NCBI RefSeq assembly: GCF_006345805.1
Contig: NC_043003.1
Coordinates: forward strand, 17,174,001-17,238,000
Origin: Octopus sinensis
Lineage: Eukaryota
Direction: 5' to 3'
Length of the DNA stretch: 64,000 nucleotides
The notes under the pieces are model-generated. The model did no database searches. It was given only the letters and a program-made list of their open reading frames with translations, and was not told where the DNA came from. The position numbers and the translations under genes are program-made. Position 1 is the first letter of the stretch. Every line of letters starts with the position of its first letter. Positions 1 to 12,738 of this stretch are shown here, piece after piece.

Positions 1-24
1 AGCGAAACAGAGAGAGGGGAAAAT

Positions 25-59
<35 letters not shown>

Positions 60-60
<1 letters not shown>

Positions 61-369
61 GGTGGGTGAGAGAAATCTTCCTGCCGAAAGGTAATACTTA
101 GCCGCAGAGCCTCTGCTACTCCAGCCTATCTCTGACTCCGACTATCACCAGCATCATCAGCACAACAAACTACCATGATTAACAATCCTATACGCAATAA
201 ACCAGCTTAAAGCTCTCTGTCACGACACTGTACACCAGTTCGACTTCTCTCACAAGAGCTACGCGGTGATTACCTCTCTCACACTACACTTAGTCTCTCT
301 CAAAAACAGAACTCTCTAGTTCTTTGGACTCTGGTTTGCACTTCGAAATTTTTTACAAATCTGAGGTTG
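60..369 (+). other. Candidate alternative non-coding first exon/promoter
   Basis: (AG)14 at 29-56 followed by about 300 bp of unique, less AT-rich sequence ending in possible donors GAG|GTTGGT (366) or TTG|GTAGGA (370). Confidence 0.3.
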
Positions 370-1180
370 GTAGGATTTATATTCAGTTACCCCGATTTTA
401 CCTATCCTTTCCTTAAAAACTTTTTAAAATTTAAAAGATCTATATTTTTATTACTTTCACTAAACTTTTACCAACAGCCTTAGCATTGGTTTGTTGTTCT
501 TTATTCACTTATATATATACATAGATGTGTATGTATGTATGTATAATAATGTGTGTATGTATAATTATATATATATGTATATATATATATACGCACATAC
601 ACAATTACCCATCCGGCTCTTTTTCTATTTCCTTATTTTCATATCCTCTTCATTAGGAAATTAAATCCGGTACATGCCATGTATAATTAAAACTTATAAT
701 GAAATTTTACTTTATAAAAGATTTTTAAGCAAATTTTCTTTGAAATGTTCTATCCTTTAAAATAATTGAATCGTTATTCTAACAATTTAATTTACATTTA
801 TTTTTTTCTTCCGTTTTATCCTTCCCATATTTTAAATATTTGCTTACCTGTAATCAGCAAGATTAAAGCTGATGTTTTCTCTCAAACTTCTTACATTAAC
901 ATATATGTTAATGTAAATGTTTGCGTAAAAATTTTTTTTGGGGAATTTAATATGTTGAAAACGTGTTAATTAAAACTTAGTTATACATATAAAATAAGAA
1001 GCCGAATATATTTTAATTAGATTATCAATAAACTAAACTTTGTAATACCACTAAACACAATTCCTCATCTTAAATTAAGACGTTTTACTTTTAATTACGA
1101 TTGATTTAACTTCGATCAGTTTAGCAGGAAAGAAAAATGTAATTTGGAATATTTCCTTTTATAAGAACCGTTCTTTTTCC

Positions 1181-1368
1181 ATTGTTATTATTAATTATTA
1201 TTATCATTATTATTATTATTATCATTATTATTATTATTATTACTATTACTATTATTATTATTATTATTACTATTATTATTATTATTATTACTATTATTAT
1301 TATTATCATTATTATTATTATTATTATTATTATCATCATTATTATTATAATGATGATAATAATGATTT
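1181..1368. repeat. (ATT)n/(ATC)/(ACT) trinucleotide microsatellite
   Basis: Direct reading; source of the poly-Ile ORFs. Confidence 0.95.
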
Positions 1369-1669
1369 CTTTATTAACCATAAGGTTTACATTCAGAAAA
1401 AACAGTATGGACAGCACAGGGCAAAATGAAGAATGTGTGTGAGTGTGTATTGTTGTCAGGGTTTTGCGTGTAAACAAGACTAATAAAATAAAAAAAAAAA
1501 GAAAGAAATCAACAGTGTGTAATCTTTAATAGGGAAGAGATGTTTAAGGGCTGCTCATAGAAAAACCCCATAAAAAAAACATGGGTACCCTGACTTTTGG
1601 GGCAGGTGCTTTTTTTTCCTTTCCATTTTTCCAACTACACCATTCTCGCCACTTTCATCCACCTACAAT

Positions 1670-1883
1670 AAGACGGCGAGCTGGCAGAATCGTTAGCATG
1701 CCGGACAAAATACTTAGCGGCATTTCGTCCGTCATTACGTTCTGAGTTCAAATTCCTCCGAGATCGACATTGCCTTTCATCCTTTCGAGGTCGATGAATT
1801 AAGTACCAATGAAACACTGCGGTCGATATAATCGACTAGGCCCCACCCAACAAATTTGAGGCCTTGTGCCGCTAGGAGAAAAG

Positions 1884-1915
<32 letters not shown>

Positions 1916-2142
1916 GGCGGCGAGCTGGCAGAATCATTAGCACGCCGGGAAAAATGCTTAGCGGCATTTCACCCGTCATTACATTCTAAGTTCAAATTCC
2001 AGTGAGATCAGATTTGCCTTTCAACCTTTCTGTGTTAATGAAATAAGTACCAGTTACACACTGGGGTCGATGTAATCGACTAGTCCCCTGCCCCCAAATT
2101 TCAGGTCTTGTGCCTTCATTAGAAAAGAATTATCATTATTAT
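1670..2142 (+). mobile_element. Two head-to-tail family-A tRNA-derived SINEs with (ATT)n tails
   Basis: Head aaggcggcgagctggcagaatc..ttagc with B-box-like gagttcaaattcc, body cctttcatcctttc..ggtcgat, tail ggccttgtgcc..agaaaagatt(att)n. The second copy starts right after the (ATT)n of the first. Confidence 0.9.
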
Positions 2143-5044
2143 TAAGAATTCTTTAATTATTTATTCGAAAATCTTTAGCATTACATCTTACCTGAGAATT
2201 TGACATTTTAGTTTTACAACGAAGTTGAATGTTCCCATTTCTATTATTTAATTTAAAAAGCAAGTAGAATATTGCAGAGTTTCTCGAAAAGTTTATTTAG
2301 AATCTATGTTATCATAGCAAATCCTTTTTGTTTTTAGTTTCGACACATTGTCAGTTTACTCCAAGCCATACACAACATTTTATTTGGTAAACTGACAACA
2401 TTCCTCTACAAAAAAAGTTCGTCCATCTCCCATTTTTTTTATTAAATCTATATTAAAGTTTTTTAACTTGTCGAAATTTTTGGTTCCAATACCAAGCAAC
2501 GTACCTAGTTAATTACATATATACACACAAAATCACAGGCACAGACATACATGCATGTACATATACCTACATACATGTACATACATTCACGCGCACACAC
2601 ATTAAATCTGTATAGGTAAATTATTTAATCCTTTAAGATACTTTCTAACAAGAATATTAGTCTTGCAGAATCTTTGCTGGTGACAGACTAAAAGTAAAGT
2701 GCCAAATAAAATTATAGATTTACCTAAACAATAAAAAAAAATGTTTGTGGTAATGATGTAATCGGTATTTCACCCACACAAGCACACACACATACACAAA
2801 TGTACATACACATACACGCACATACATACCTCCCCCTCACTCACACACACAGCCACTTTCAGTCTGCTAGTAACTATGATGTCTGATTAGTACTCCGCGC
2901 ATGTAGATTCGCTACCTTTATAAGGGAAATGTGATAGGTACAGTGTGCAGCTGGGTTTCTTATTTTGAAACACTAGATAGAATTTTCTTATTTACCTTTA
3001 TAATTTTTATAATAGCAAATGAAGATAGACGTTTTCGCTCGATAAATTATTATGATGGATTTCTTTACTTCCAATCCTGTGTAATATTTCTTATAATATC
3101 AAACGCTAAATAAATATAATATCATAATCCAATGAAATTAATATAAAGATCTGTGTTTGTCTTTACCTCAAAATCAGAGATATTTTAAAGATTGATAAAT
3201 GTTTACCTCTGCTAGAAGAAGCCCGCCCCACCAAAAAATGGATAGGATGCTAAGACTAAGCACATTGCTTATCCTTTCAAATTCCACCGTGACAAGATAC
3301 CAGATGAAGAAACACCATTTATCGGCTATCATGTTTTAAAAAGTTAGAATAATCTTATGTACCCGCATTTGTAATATGGAATGAAGCAAATACGAAACTA
3401 GATATTCTGGAAATTTGCCACAGACGAAAAATTAGCTGGAAATATTGCTAGAGCAATGAAATGGCATAAAAGTATATAAATTTGCAACAAGTGAATGGCG
3501 TTATCGTTTCAATTCCCTCATTCTCATTCCAAGTAATTTTATTACAAAATTTTAATCCTCCAGCTGTAAAAAAAAAAGATAGAAATTAGGCAAATGGATA
3601 AATGTATCCATGTATCTGAATGTGTTTATATACACCTGTATACAAACATAAATATGTGAGTGGTTATATCAAATGATATATATATGCCATTAAACACTTT
3701 CATATCATTTAAACTACGGTTAGTTTATCTATAAAATATTTGTAAACCTTGCTTAAAGATATAATATTTAGGAGAGAGCGAATTTAATATTTTCACATAA
3801 TCTATTTTCTTTCACTTTTTTCTTCAAAATTTTCTCCCATAACATTACAAAACGTACAGATTTTATACAGGTCCAGGACGAAGTTACAACAGAATTCGTT
3901 CATACACACAATATTCGAATGTATTTAAAAGCATTCTAGCTGAAGTACCGTTTTAAGACTGTATTGCCGAGATCGTCTTCACGATTTCAAACCTTTAGAT
4001 TTAATCTGACCCCCACCTCACTTAAAATATCTTCCTGAATTCCCTTCCTACCTGTCAGCATTCTGTATGGACCTGATATCAAAACAAGCTGGAATATTTT
4101 ATTCTGGAAACCTTTATAACTTCCTGCTTATTTCAAGCGTATGAAAATTCATACATTAAACCATCCTTAACACCAGTAAGAGTGTGGTTAACCGGTTAGA
4201 AATAGCAACCATTTTTTTTTCAATTCTAATGTCTTAAAATGGATGGACGTGTTACAACCATGTAATCTTAGTTATACACAAAAGTCAGATTGGTCAATGT
4301 TTTCTTTATCAGAGATGACCTGGGGCTAGTCAACAATTTATCGTCCACTTTTGTCGCCTTCTGTCGTAAATCCTTTCCAGATGCTATGAGTTCATCCTGT
4401 CATCTCTGAAAAATGTATAATATGCTAGGACAATTAACATCATTAAAGATAAGGTACTCTGGCACAAGGCCAATTTGTGTATGGAAGTAATTAAGTCCAT
4501 TAATTCAACTTCATTATATTACCTTCAGTTATTTTATCAACCTCAGAGAAATGAAAGATAACATCTACCCTGTGAGATGTAAATTCAATTTCGAGGAACT
4601 GAACTAAATATTCTAAGCAGTAAATGCGGCATTCTTCAAATCTATCAACGCACAATAGACTTTGATGCTAATGGTATTGTAGAGGTAAAAATATAGGTAT
4701 CAGGTTGGCGTAAATAAAAGTATCATACTTAGTTTTACCCTGATAAATTTTATTTTTAAAATCTCGCAAACTCCAACTGTTATCTCTTTTTGGTCGATAA
4801 CATATGTATGACTTAAATACTAACTTCAAATCAGTCCACGAATCTGGTCTTATCTCAAGGGAAAGAAAAATTAAGAAATAAATGAGAAAAATGTGTGCAC
4901 TGCTGGCCAAATAATCCACTTTTGGAAAGCAGATAAAAAATGCTAAACAAATCATAAACTGAAGAGACTTTTTAATAAAATAAGGAAGCTGATACCAATA
5001 ACGAACCCCAAAGAAATCCATATGAAGATAACTAGCTCCAAATA

Positions 5045-5251
5045 TTGGATTCAAATTTTGGCAAAAGGCCAGCAATTTCGGACGATAGTAAGTCAATTAC
5101 ATCGACACCCAGGGCTCAATTGGCATTTGTTTATTCGACCCTGAAAGGATGAAAGGCAAAGTCGACCTCGGTGGAATTTGAACTCAGAACATAAAGACGG
5201 GCAAAATGCTTAGAAGCATTTTCCCGTGTTGGAATGATTCTCGCCACCTTA
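5045..5251 (-). mobile_element. Family-A SINE, antisense copy
   Basis: Reverse-complement motifs gaccctgaaaggatgaaaggcaaagtcgacctcggtggaatttgaactcagaac. Confidence 0.85.
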
Positions 5252-5327
5252 CTAGCCCTAAATTTTATGTAGAAAAGAAATACTTTAAGAAATAAACCAA
5301 TACCTTCAATTTTTATTGCTATTAATT

Positions 5328-5506
5328 TAGCGGCGATATGGCAGAATCATTAGCACGTCATTTAGATTCTGAGTTCAAATCTTGCTGAGGTCAAATTTAA
5401 CTTTCCTCCTTTCGTGTTCGATAAAATAAGTACCATTCAAGTCGATGATATTGACTTAACCCCTCCCCTCAAAATTGTTGGCATTGTAGCTAAATTAGAA
5501 ACCATT
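5328..5506 (+). mobile_element. Diverged family-A SINE
   Basis: ggcgatatggcagaatcattagcac...ctgagttcaaatc...aaataagtacc. Confidence 0.75.
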
Positions 5507-6019
5507 AACTTTTACGTCGTAATTTCTTATTTTTAATTCAAACTTGGAAGTATAATTTCACTGAATTTTTAAAATAACAATTTGGATAACCTTGTATTGA
5601 TTTAGAGTAAGAATTGAAAAATTATAGAATGTAATACTTGGATGCTTTTCACGCCACATATACAACTGCTGACAGCAGTGACAGCTTCTTTACATAGCAG
5701 ACAGACCATACTGCTTTACAATCACAATTGTAGGAAGAGAATAATTTTCGACTACTTTTGGTTCGTAAAATGTGCTGTGCATTTTCATACTAGATTACTT
5801 TTCTTTCTATCTTTGACTGATTTATTTAAGAATTAAGTTACACAGAGATTCTATTCCCAAATCAATTTTTTTAGGTAACTGTCATTAAAGGAGAATTAAT
5901 TAATATTCTAGTAATCAAGTTAATAAAATGAACTTAACAGATTTAAATTTACCTTCGATTATAGACAGATAATTCTAACTGCACTCGATTTTCATAACTA
6001 TGTAGTTTTAATATTTACC

Positions 6020-6810
6020 GAGTTAATTCTTCCTAGGCCGACTTTGCCTTTCATCGTTTCGGGGTCGATAAAATAAGTACCAGTTAAGCACTGGGGTCGA
6101 TGTAACCGACTAATTCCTACCCGGGGCTTGCTGGCCTTGTGCCAAAATTTTAAACCAATATTAATCGAGTCACTGAGGCATCGAGCTGACAGAATTGTTC
6201 GCACGCCGGGTAGAATTCTTATCGGCATTTCGTCTATCTTCATGTTTGGGGTTCAAATTCTACCGAGATCGATAATATAAGTGCCAGTTGAGCCCTGGGG
6301 TCGATGTACGAATGTACTGGTCTTGTGCCAAAATTTGAAACCAATAGTAATCGATGTAGTATGTTTCTTATCAAAGGATTAATTCCCCTTTGATGTCAGC
6401 TATTTCAAACTCTGTGGCATATATTATCGACGACGAATTCTTTCATAATTATTTTCTAAAGCATTTTTATAAAGAACTCAAGAAGCCGAAAAGTTGGGGT
6501 TCGCTTACTTACTGAATACAATATATATTCCCTTATTAAGGGATATACATTTTGCTTCCTTGTAATATTAGAAACACTTAGAGGCAGAGAACTTGCAAAA
6601 ACAGTTCTGCACCGGGTAAAATACTTAACGGCATTTCTTCTGGCTTTACGTTCTGAGTTCAAATTCCGCCGAGATCAACTTCGCCTTTCATCCTTTCAGG
6701 GTCGATAAAATAAATACCATTCGAGCACTGTGGTGGATTAAATCGACTAATCCCTTACCCCCAAATTCTAGGCCTTGCGCTTGTAGTAGAAAGGATTATT
6801 AGAAAGGCTC
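6020..6810 (+). mobile_element. Cluster of three diverged family-A SINE copies/fragments
   Basis: Repeated family-A motifs at about 6020-6160, 6175-6350 and 6590-6810. Confidence 0.75.
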
Positions 6811-8257
6811 ATTTTTACTACAAAATTCATTATGCTTGTAAACTGATTATTATGTAAACAGATTCTTGGGTGAACTAACTTCCTCATAGAAAGATACATT
6901 ATGCAAATTATATAGTAAACATTCAATTAGATTCGAAATTATGAATAATTAATGTCAGTTGCTTTTCAAGTTCACATAATTGCAAATAATTATAAAAATA
7001 CAGTACTCTATACGATTAAAACAATAAGAAGGATGATGGAATGACAGAAACGGTAAACTGACAGACGGAGTATCGTTGCTCTAACCAGTAGCGTCCCTTT
7101 ATATTTTTTCCACCGGGGTCGATATCTTAATGAAATACTGGGCTACATTCAATTAACTTTATCAATTCAGTATAAGTATTTGCACTTAAATCAATGTAAG
7201 ATATTTTATTCTCAACTATAAGAATGCTACCTCACCAAAGACTGGGTCTTTTGATTTGGTTGTCTTTATGCCTGGCAGTATATTCAGTTAATTCTCCCCC
7301 AAATCTTTCTTTAGTGAAAATTAGAATTCATCGAATAAGGAACATTTTATAAAACGATATTTTAAAAAAGTACTTGGGGTTGAATGACCTCACACAGCAG
7401 TAACACTGCCGGTGAAGGGGCGAGGAGGTGGATACTTTTATGGAGGCGGCGCTGTTGGTTTTGTACATAAGCCTGCATAAGCTTGAGGGCACGGCGGGGG
7501 TAGCAAACTCAAGGCTGCCTCGAGCGGTATAGACACAAGCTACGCCATTGTCACGCAAGGCGAGGGAGAAGACAGCATGTATAGGAAAACGCTGCAATAT
7601 GAATTACTAGCAAACTGGTTGAATTTAAGATGGCGGATTAGTATAATTTGTAGAGCAAATGTCAAGATGGCTTAAAATATTTATTTCTGGGCCCTGATGA
7701 TCTGGGTTCAAATCAAGACGCTAAAGACCATTAAAAAGTACTTTGCATTCCACTCTTTCCGGATCGTTATAATTCAGTACTAATTAAGTAGATGGGTCAA
7801 TTTAATCTTGTAAAATATGTCGACGATGCCAATATTAAGCTCAATAAGTGATTATTCTAACTTTTGGTAAGCTCAAATAGAAAAAAGATAAGTTCCCGAA
7901 TATCTGAAGGTGAAAGCCATTATTTATTCCAGAAAAAAAAATTCGATTCAAAAGGTGTCATTGAAATCGTTTGAAATACATGGATGACATATCTTATTGC
8001 ATCCCTGTAAAAAGAACAAGTTGTAATTTCACCCGCATGATATCTATGAGACATGAAAATCCAATATTTCCTTAATATTCTAGCTTGTGATATATATATA
8101 GTCACATGCATATCGCTTACAAAAACAAAAAATGTTCTTATGTAGATGCTATCGTTTCTCATCTAACCAACACCTGTATATAATTTAGTTTAGTAATGCA
8201 AGACGGAGCATAGTCATGTTATGCGAGAAAGAGTAACAGAAAGAGAGAGGGGGCGAA

Positions 8258-8346
8258 GTGTGAGTGTGTGTGTGTGTGTGAGAGTGTGTGTGTGTGAGAG
8301 TGTGTGTGTGAGAGAGTGTGTGTGTGTGAGAGTGTGTGTGTGTGTG
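8258..8346. repeat. Compound (TG)n/(AG) microsatellite
   Basis: Direct reading. Confidence 0.95.
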
Positions 8347-8550
8347 AGGGGTGTTCTAAATCTCAGTAGCATTCAAAGAATTCGGAATTCATCTTGGGTG
8401 CAGCTTCCCTATTGATAAATTAATAGTTAAACGTGTATAATGCTAAATTTGGACTAGATGGAGTTAGATTATCATCCAAACAATCCTTTGTGATTTACCA
8501 GATTATCGTTCCGCCACCGGTAACCACTTTCAGCTTAGTAGATTAAGACC

Positions 8551-8713
8551 GGAAAATATGGCTGTATGGTTAAGAAGCTCGTTTTGCCACCATGCGGTTT
8601 CGGTTTCAGTCCCCCCGTGTGATACCTTCGGCAAGTGTCTCCTACTATAATCCGCAGGGCCGACTAATAACTTCTGAGTGAATTTGGGGAGGGGAAACTG
8701 TGGAGAAGCCCGT

Positions 8714-8777
<64 letters not shown>

Positions 8778-8805
8778 TATGTGCTTGTGCTTGTTCTCCC
8801 ATACC
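8551..8805 (+). mobile_element. Diverged, truncated family-B SINE
   Basis: ggctgtatggttaagaagct...ccttcggcaagtgtctcctactata...gaagcccg, then the internal (TA)n(TG)n tract. Confidence 0.7.
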
Positions 8806-10633
8806 ACAGCACTGAAGGCAAGATATAAATACATGATTTTTTTCCACTGAGAAATTAACGTTTTATCCACTCAATCTTGGTTTTTCTTTGAGAATCGTCA
8901 GCACAGTTTTCCTAATTTTCTACAGATGGGAAAAAGCTTAGGTGAAGTGCTATTTAGAAGCATTCCTGATCTACATTCATTAAAGTGCGGTGTGAGCTGT
9001 AGCTTATATCCTGTATAAAACACAATATCTTACTACATTCTCAAAACTTTCCAGTTGGTCGGTAGAAACTTATTTCGTGTATTGATGCTAATGTTTCCAT
9101 TTAGAAACTGTTAACCGCCCGCTTAGTTTCTCTTTGCTTTTGAAATAAGAAGAAAAATACCATGTTAATTTCTTTCCTAAGGCAAAAATAGCCAGTACCC
9201 GTCGGTATTTGTTGCTACATTAAAAGAAAACGTTCACATTTATACATTGGTAACGCCATCACATATATCTTCTCTCTATTTCCCTTTCTCTCTCATTATC
9301 TTCTTTCTCACCCAATCAAAAACAACACTCGGTCGTAAACATTAAAGCTCTCACAAACATATCTTTCATTAACTAAACTCTCCAATATATTCTGAAAAGG
9401 AGTTAAAGTAATATGTACGAACAAATCAAAAACATTAGTTCCCTTTTAGGAACACTTTAATTCGACTGTTCGTAAACCACATAACAATCTCCATACAGTC
9501 TTGATTTCTCTGTCATGTCTGGAAATCCATCTCGTACACAAATACATACATGTAGTTATCTACAAAATTAGGTTCCGTTCATTAAATGCGAAGGCAGAAT
9601 CTGAAGTTACAAATACTGAGAGATAATCTGGATTCCTTTTGCGATCTAAAAGTTACTTGCTTTTTATAAAGGTTACTTCTTTGCGGTACCAGAGCTTACT
9701 AGGTGATGCGATGTTCCAGCTGTACTCAATCAAATATTAGAACGTATCAAAAGAAAGAAATGCCCTATGCTCAAATAGTAGACCATTCGCTACAAATAAT
9801 ATCTAATTTTGTTTGGAGTTATAAGCTTTTAGAATTCCTACAGCGTCCTCTATTTGTTTGAACATTCATTGTCACACTTCAATTGAACAGATGTGTTATA
9901 TCTATATCTCCATTTCTAAATAAAAACATCACTCATTTGTCTAATCGCATTTTCTTGAAATAATCTCTTTGAAATAATCAAATGACCCGAGTCCCAGCAT
10001 TTAATTTACATGTTGAAGATTCTACTAGATTTTTTTTTAAAGAAGTCTTTATATATGGTCTTACGTTTATGTGAGCAGTCATAGTGAAATGACACGAAGG
10101 ATAGAATATTGAACCACTAACTGGACACACACACAAAATACTAACGACTTCATAAATTATTTATCATATTAGGACCATGAAGTCTATTTCAGGTGTATGT
10201 GTGTGTGTGTTAGGTTCTATATGCATATTTTTCTATATGCTGTAATCCATATGATGAAGGTAGTGGATGAAAGCTAAGCACTTGGAAACCTAATGAATCC
10301 ATCATAGCATGTTAACATATGATATTGCTAAGTTAATACCAAAATTTAGTTTCGTAATAGTCAATATTTAAGCGGCGAGTGTTGTAGAGTATGAGTCAGT
10401 GGTCCAATTTTGTGATTATTTTGAATTTGTGGTGATTTATTTTCAATTTCTGTTTTGCTTGCATTACTATATTCACGAAATATTTTAGCATCAATTTATT
10501 CTCTCTAAAGATGTTAATTCAGTTGTGGCCAGCGGCGCATTGGGACAGACGTAACCAGCTTCTTTTCCTCACGTCACACTATATAAGGTGCCTCAGCATC
10601 CAAAATTAGTTACGGAACGGTACTTTACAATTA

Positions 10634-10864
10634 AGGCAGCGAGCTGGCAGAAACGTTAGCACGCCGGGCAAAATGCTTAGCGGTATTTCGTCTGCGTTAC
10701 GTTGTGAGTTCAAATTCCGCCGAGGTCGACTTTGCCTTTCATCCTTTCGGGGTCGATAAATTAAGTACCAGTTACGCACTGGGGTCGATGTAATCGACTT
10801 AATACCTATGTCTGTCCTTGTTTGTCCCCTCTGTGTTTAGCCCCTTGTGGGTAATAAAGAAATA
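10634..10864 (+). mobile_element. Full-length family-A SINE (long-tail form) with 15-bp TSD
   Basis: TSD ggtactttacaatta at 10619-10633 and 10865-10879. Confidence 0.95.
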
Positions 10865-11167
10865 GGTACTTTACAATTATGTAATAAAGTACAAATAAGA
10901 TATACTCAATATGTCCAAATTAATTTCATCTTCCTAAAGTATGTAATGCAATATTAGACAAATACAAGTGTATAAAATACCATTCGACATAAGTTCTTGG
11001 TTTATTAAAACAATTTCCATCTCCAGAGGGTGTGTTATGATAAGTTGGATGGCAATCTAGGCCGATTCCATATGAGAAGGGGAGATAATCTCAAGAGTCA
11101 GGAATTTCTCCAAAGTCGACATGCCATTAAAGAAAAAGACATGTTTATTGTCTTGAGAGATGAGAGA

Positions 11168-11301
11168 TTTATTCATATATTTATATATATATGTATATAT
11201 GTATATATATATATTTATTTATTCATATTTATATATTTATTTATATTCATTTATTTATATATATTTGTTTATATATATATTTACTTATTTATATATATTT
11301 G

Positions 11302-11337
<36 letters not shown>

Positions 11338-11415
11338 CATTATATATATATATATACATTTGTTTATATATATATGTATATATATGTATATATACATATA
11401 TATTTATATTTATAT
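11168..11415. repeat. Degenerate (TA)/(ATTT) low-complexity tract
   Basis: Direct reading; source of the YIYI ORFs. Confidence 0.9.
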
Positions 11416-12559
11416 CTTCTATAAATAAGATGTAAAAAGTATATCATTATTTTGCAATTTCGCGCAAATATAGGGCTGACCGTTCGTTGGGAACAACTAA
11501 ATTAGGTAATACTGTCTGACACTACATTGTCCTTCTCCCTCGTCGTCAATCCTTGGACATCACTCTCTACAGTTGTAGGATTTAAAGGGGCGGGTACACG
11601 GTTTACATGGCGAATAAGTAATCGAGATTATAACCTTTTCCGTGACCGGGACACCAGTCCACTGCAGGGTCACTAATTTACAGCTGAGTGGACTGGAGCG
11701 ACGTGAAATGAAATGTTTTGCTCGCGTTTAACATTGGAGAGTTGAAATTTACCTTTCATCTATTCTTTCGATAAAATGAAGTACCAGTCAAGCACTAGGA
11801 TCGATGTAGTCGTCTTGTCGCTTGCCTTCAAAACTGATGGCCTTGAACTCTGCAATAAACCGGCGTCCAGTTCAAGTCGAACTTGTGATCTCGGTCACTT
11901 ATACGCCATAGAAGCTGAGGCTAAGGGCGCAAGTAAAATATATATATTGATGTTTTATATGTAGTCATATATGTTTATATAAAATAAAATACAAAATGGG
12001 ACAAGAACGCAAAACATCTGGACAACTAGGTGATACAAAACGGGACAACAAAACATCCAGGTAGACGATACAAAAATACAAGGACGGGTCATTCGAAGCC
12101 TTTCATAGAAATTTAGACCTCGTACATTGAATACAAACTAGAATCAGTAGACTTGTATTAAAATAGGTGGCATACTTGAACACTGGATATGACTACACAA
12201 TCGGAAACTTTACAAATCAGCAGCCTGCTCAGCTGGAACAATCTGAAGAAAGTATTACCTCTGCTGGTATTCAATTTAGAAAGGCAAATATGTAGGTGCC
12301 CGAAAAATTGCTGTTTGAAATTTTAGGGTGGCTAACAATTTTTCACTTGGCAAAGATTCTTAATGAGCTTTGAGATACGATTTTGGATAAGAATTGATAG
12401 CCTGTAAATTACAACCATTCTTACTGAAAGTTAGTTACAAAAATAGTAACTGCTCAGTCGTATAGACCTAATTTGAATAAGAGCATCAATTTAAAATCTT
12501 GCTGAAGCTAATCTGATCTTATCCTATCTGATGAGAGATTGTGGACTCTATACTCTTTA

Positions 12560-12738
12560 TGTGAAACCATGGCTTTATTGCACAAGTCATACCATTGTTA
12601 TGGAAGTCAAGCCGTCATTGTGGACGCCATGCCGTTCTTGTGGAAGCCATGCTTTCATTGTGAAAATCATGCCGTTTTTATGGAAATCATACCGTTGTAG
12701 TGGAAGCCATGCCGTTATTGGGGAAGCTATGCTATTAT
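12560..12738. repeat. Degenerate 20-bp minisatellite, about 9 copies
   Basis: Units such as tgtggaagccatgctttcat, agtggaagccatgccgttat and tatggaaatcataccgttgt; consensus about TGTGGAAGCCATGCCGTTAT. Confidence 0.85.

Noticed and set aside
1121-1477. Poly-Ile ORFs and the many CVCV, YIYI, MYVC, HTHT and LSIY ORFs across the window
   Set aside because: They are translations of microsatellites with no domain content or splice support.
2914-2925. CArG/MEF2-like muscle motifs (for example cctttataagg; ctataaataa near 11418)
   Set aside because: Non-canonical spacing, or expected by chance in very AT-rich DNA.
5860-5882. Recursive-splicing (AG|GT) sites such as tttttttag|gtaact (5874) and ttttatttag|gtacag (about 33950)
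   Set aside because: Donor halves are weak and such motifs are common in T-rich introns; needs saw-tooth nascent RNA data.
7627-7671. Two YY1-like AAGATGGC motifs
   Set aside because: They abut a degraded tRNA-SINE-like stretch (gggttcaaatc) and are short enough to be chance.
10569-10612. CRE-like tcacgtca, TATATAAG and TTAGTT spaced like a core promoter
   Set aside because: Spacing is slightly short, a SINE sits immediately downstream and there is no good donor; unsupported without TSS data.
12560-12738. CRISPR-like appearance of regularly spaced repeats
   Set aside because: Units are contiguous and degenerate with no unique spacers or cas genes, in eukaryotic intronic context.
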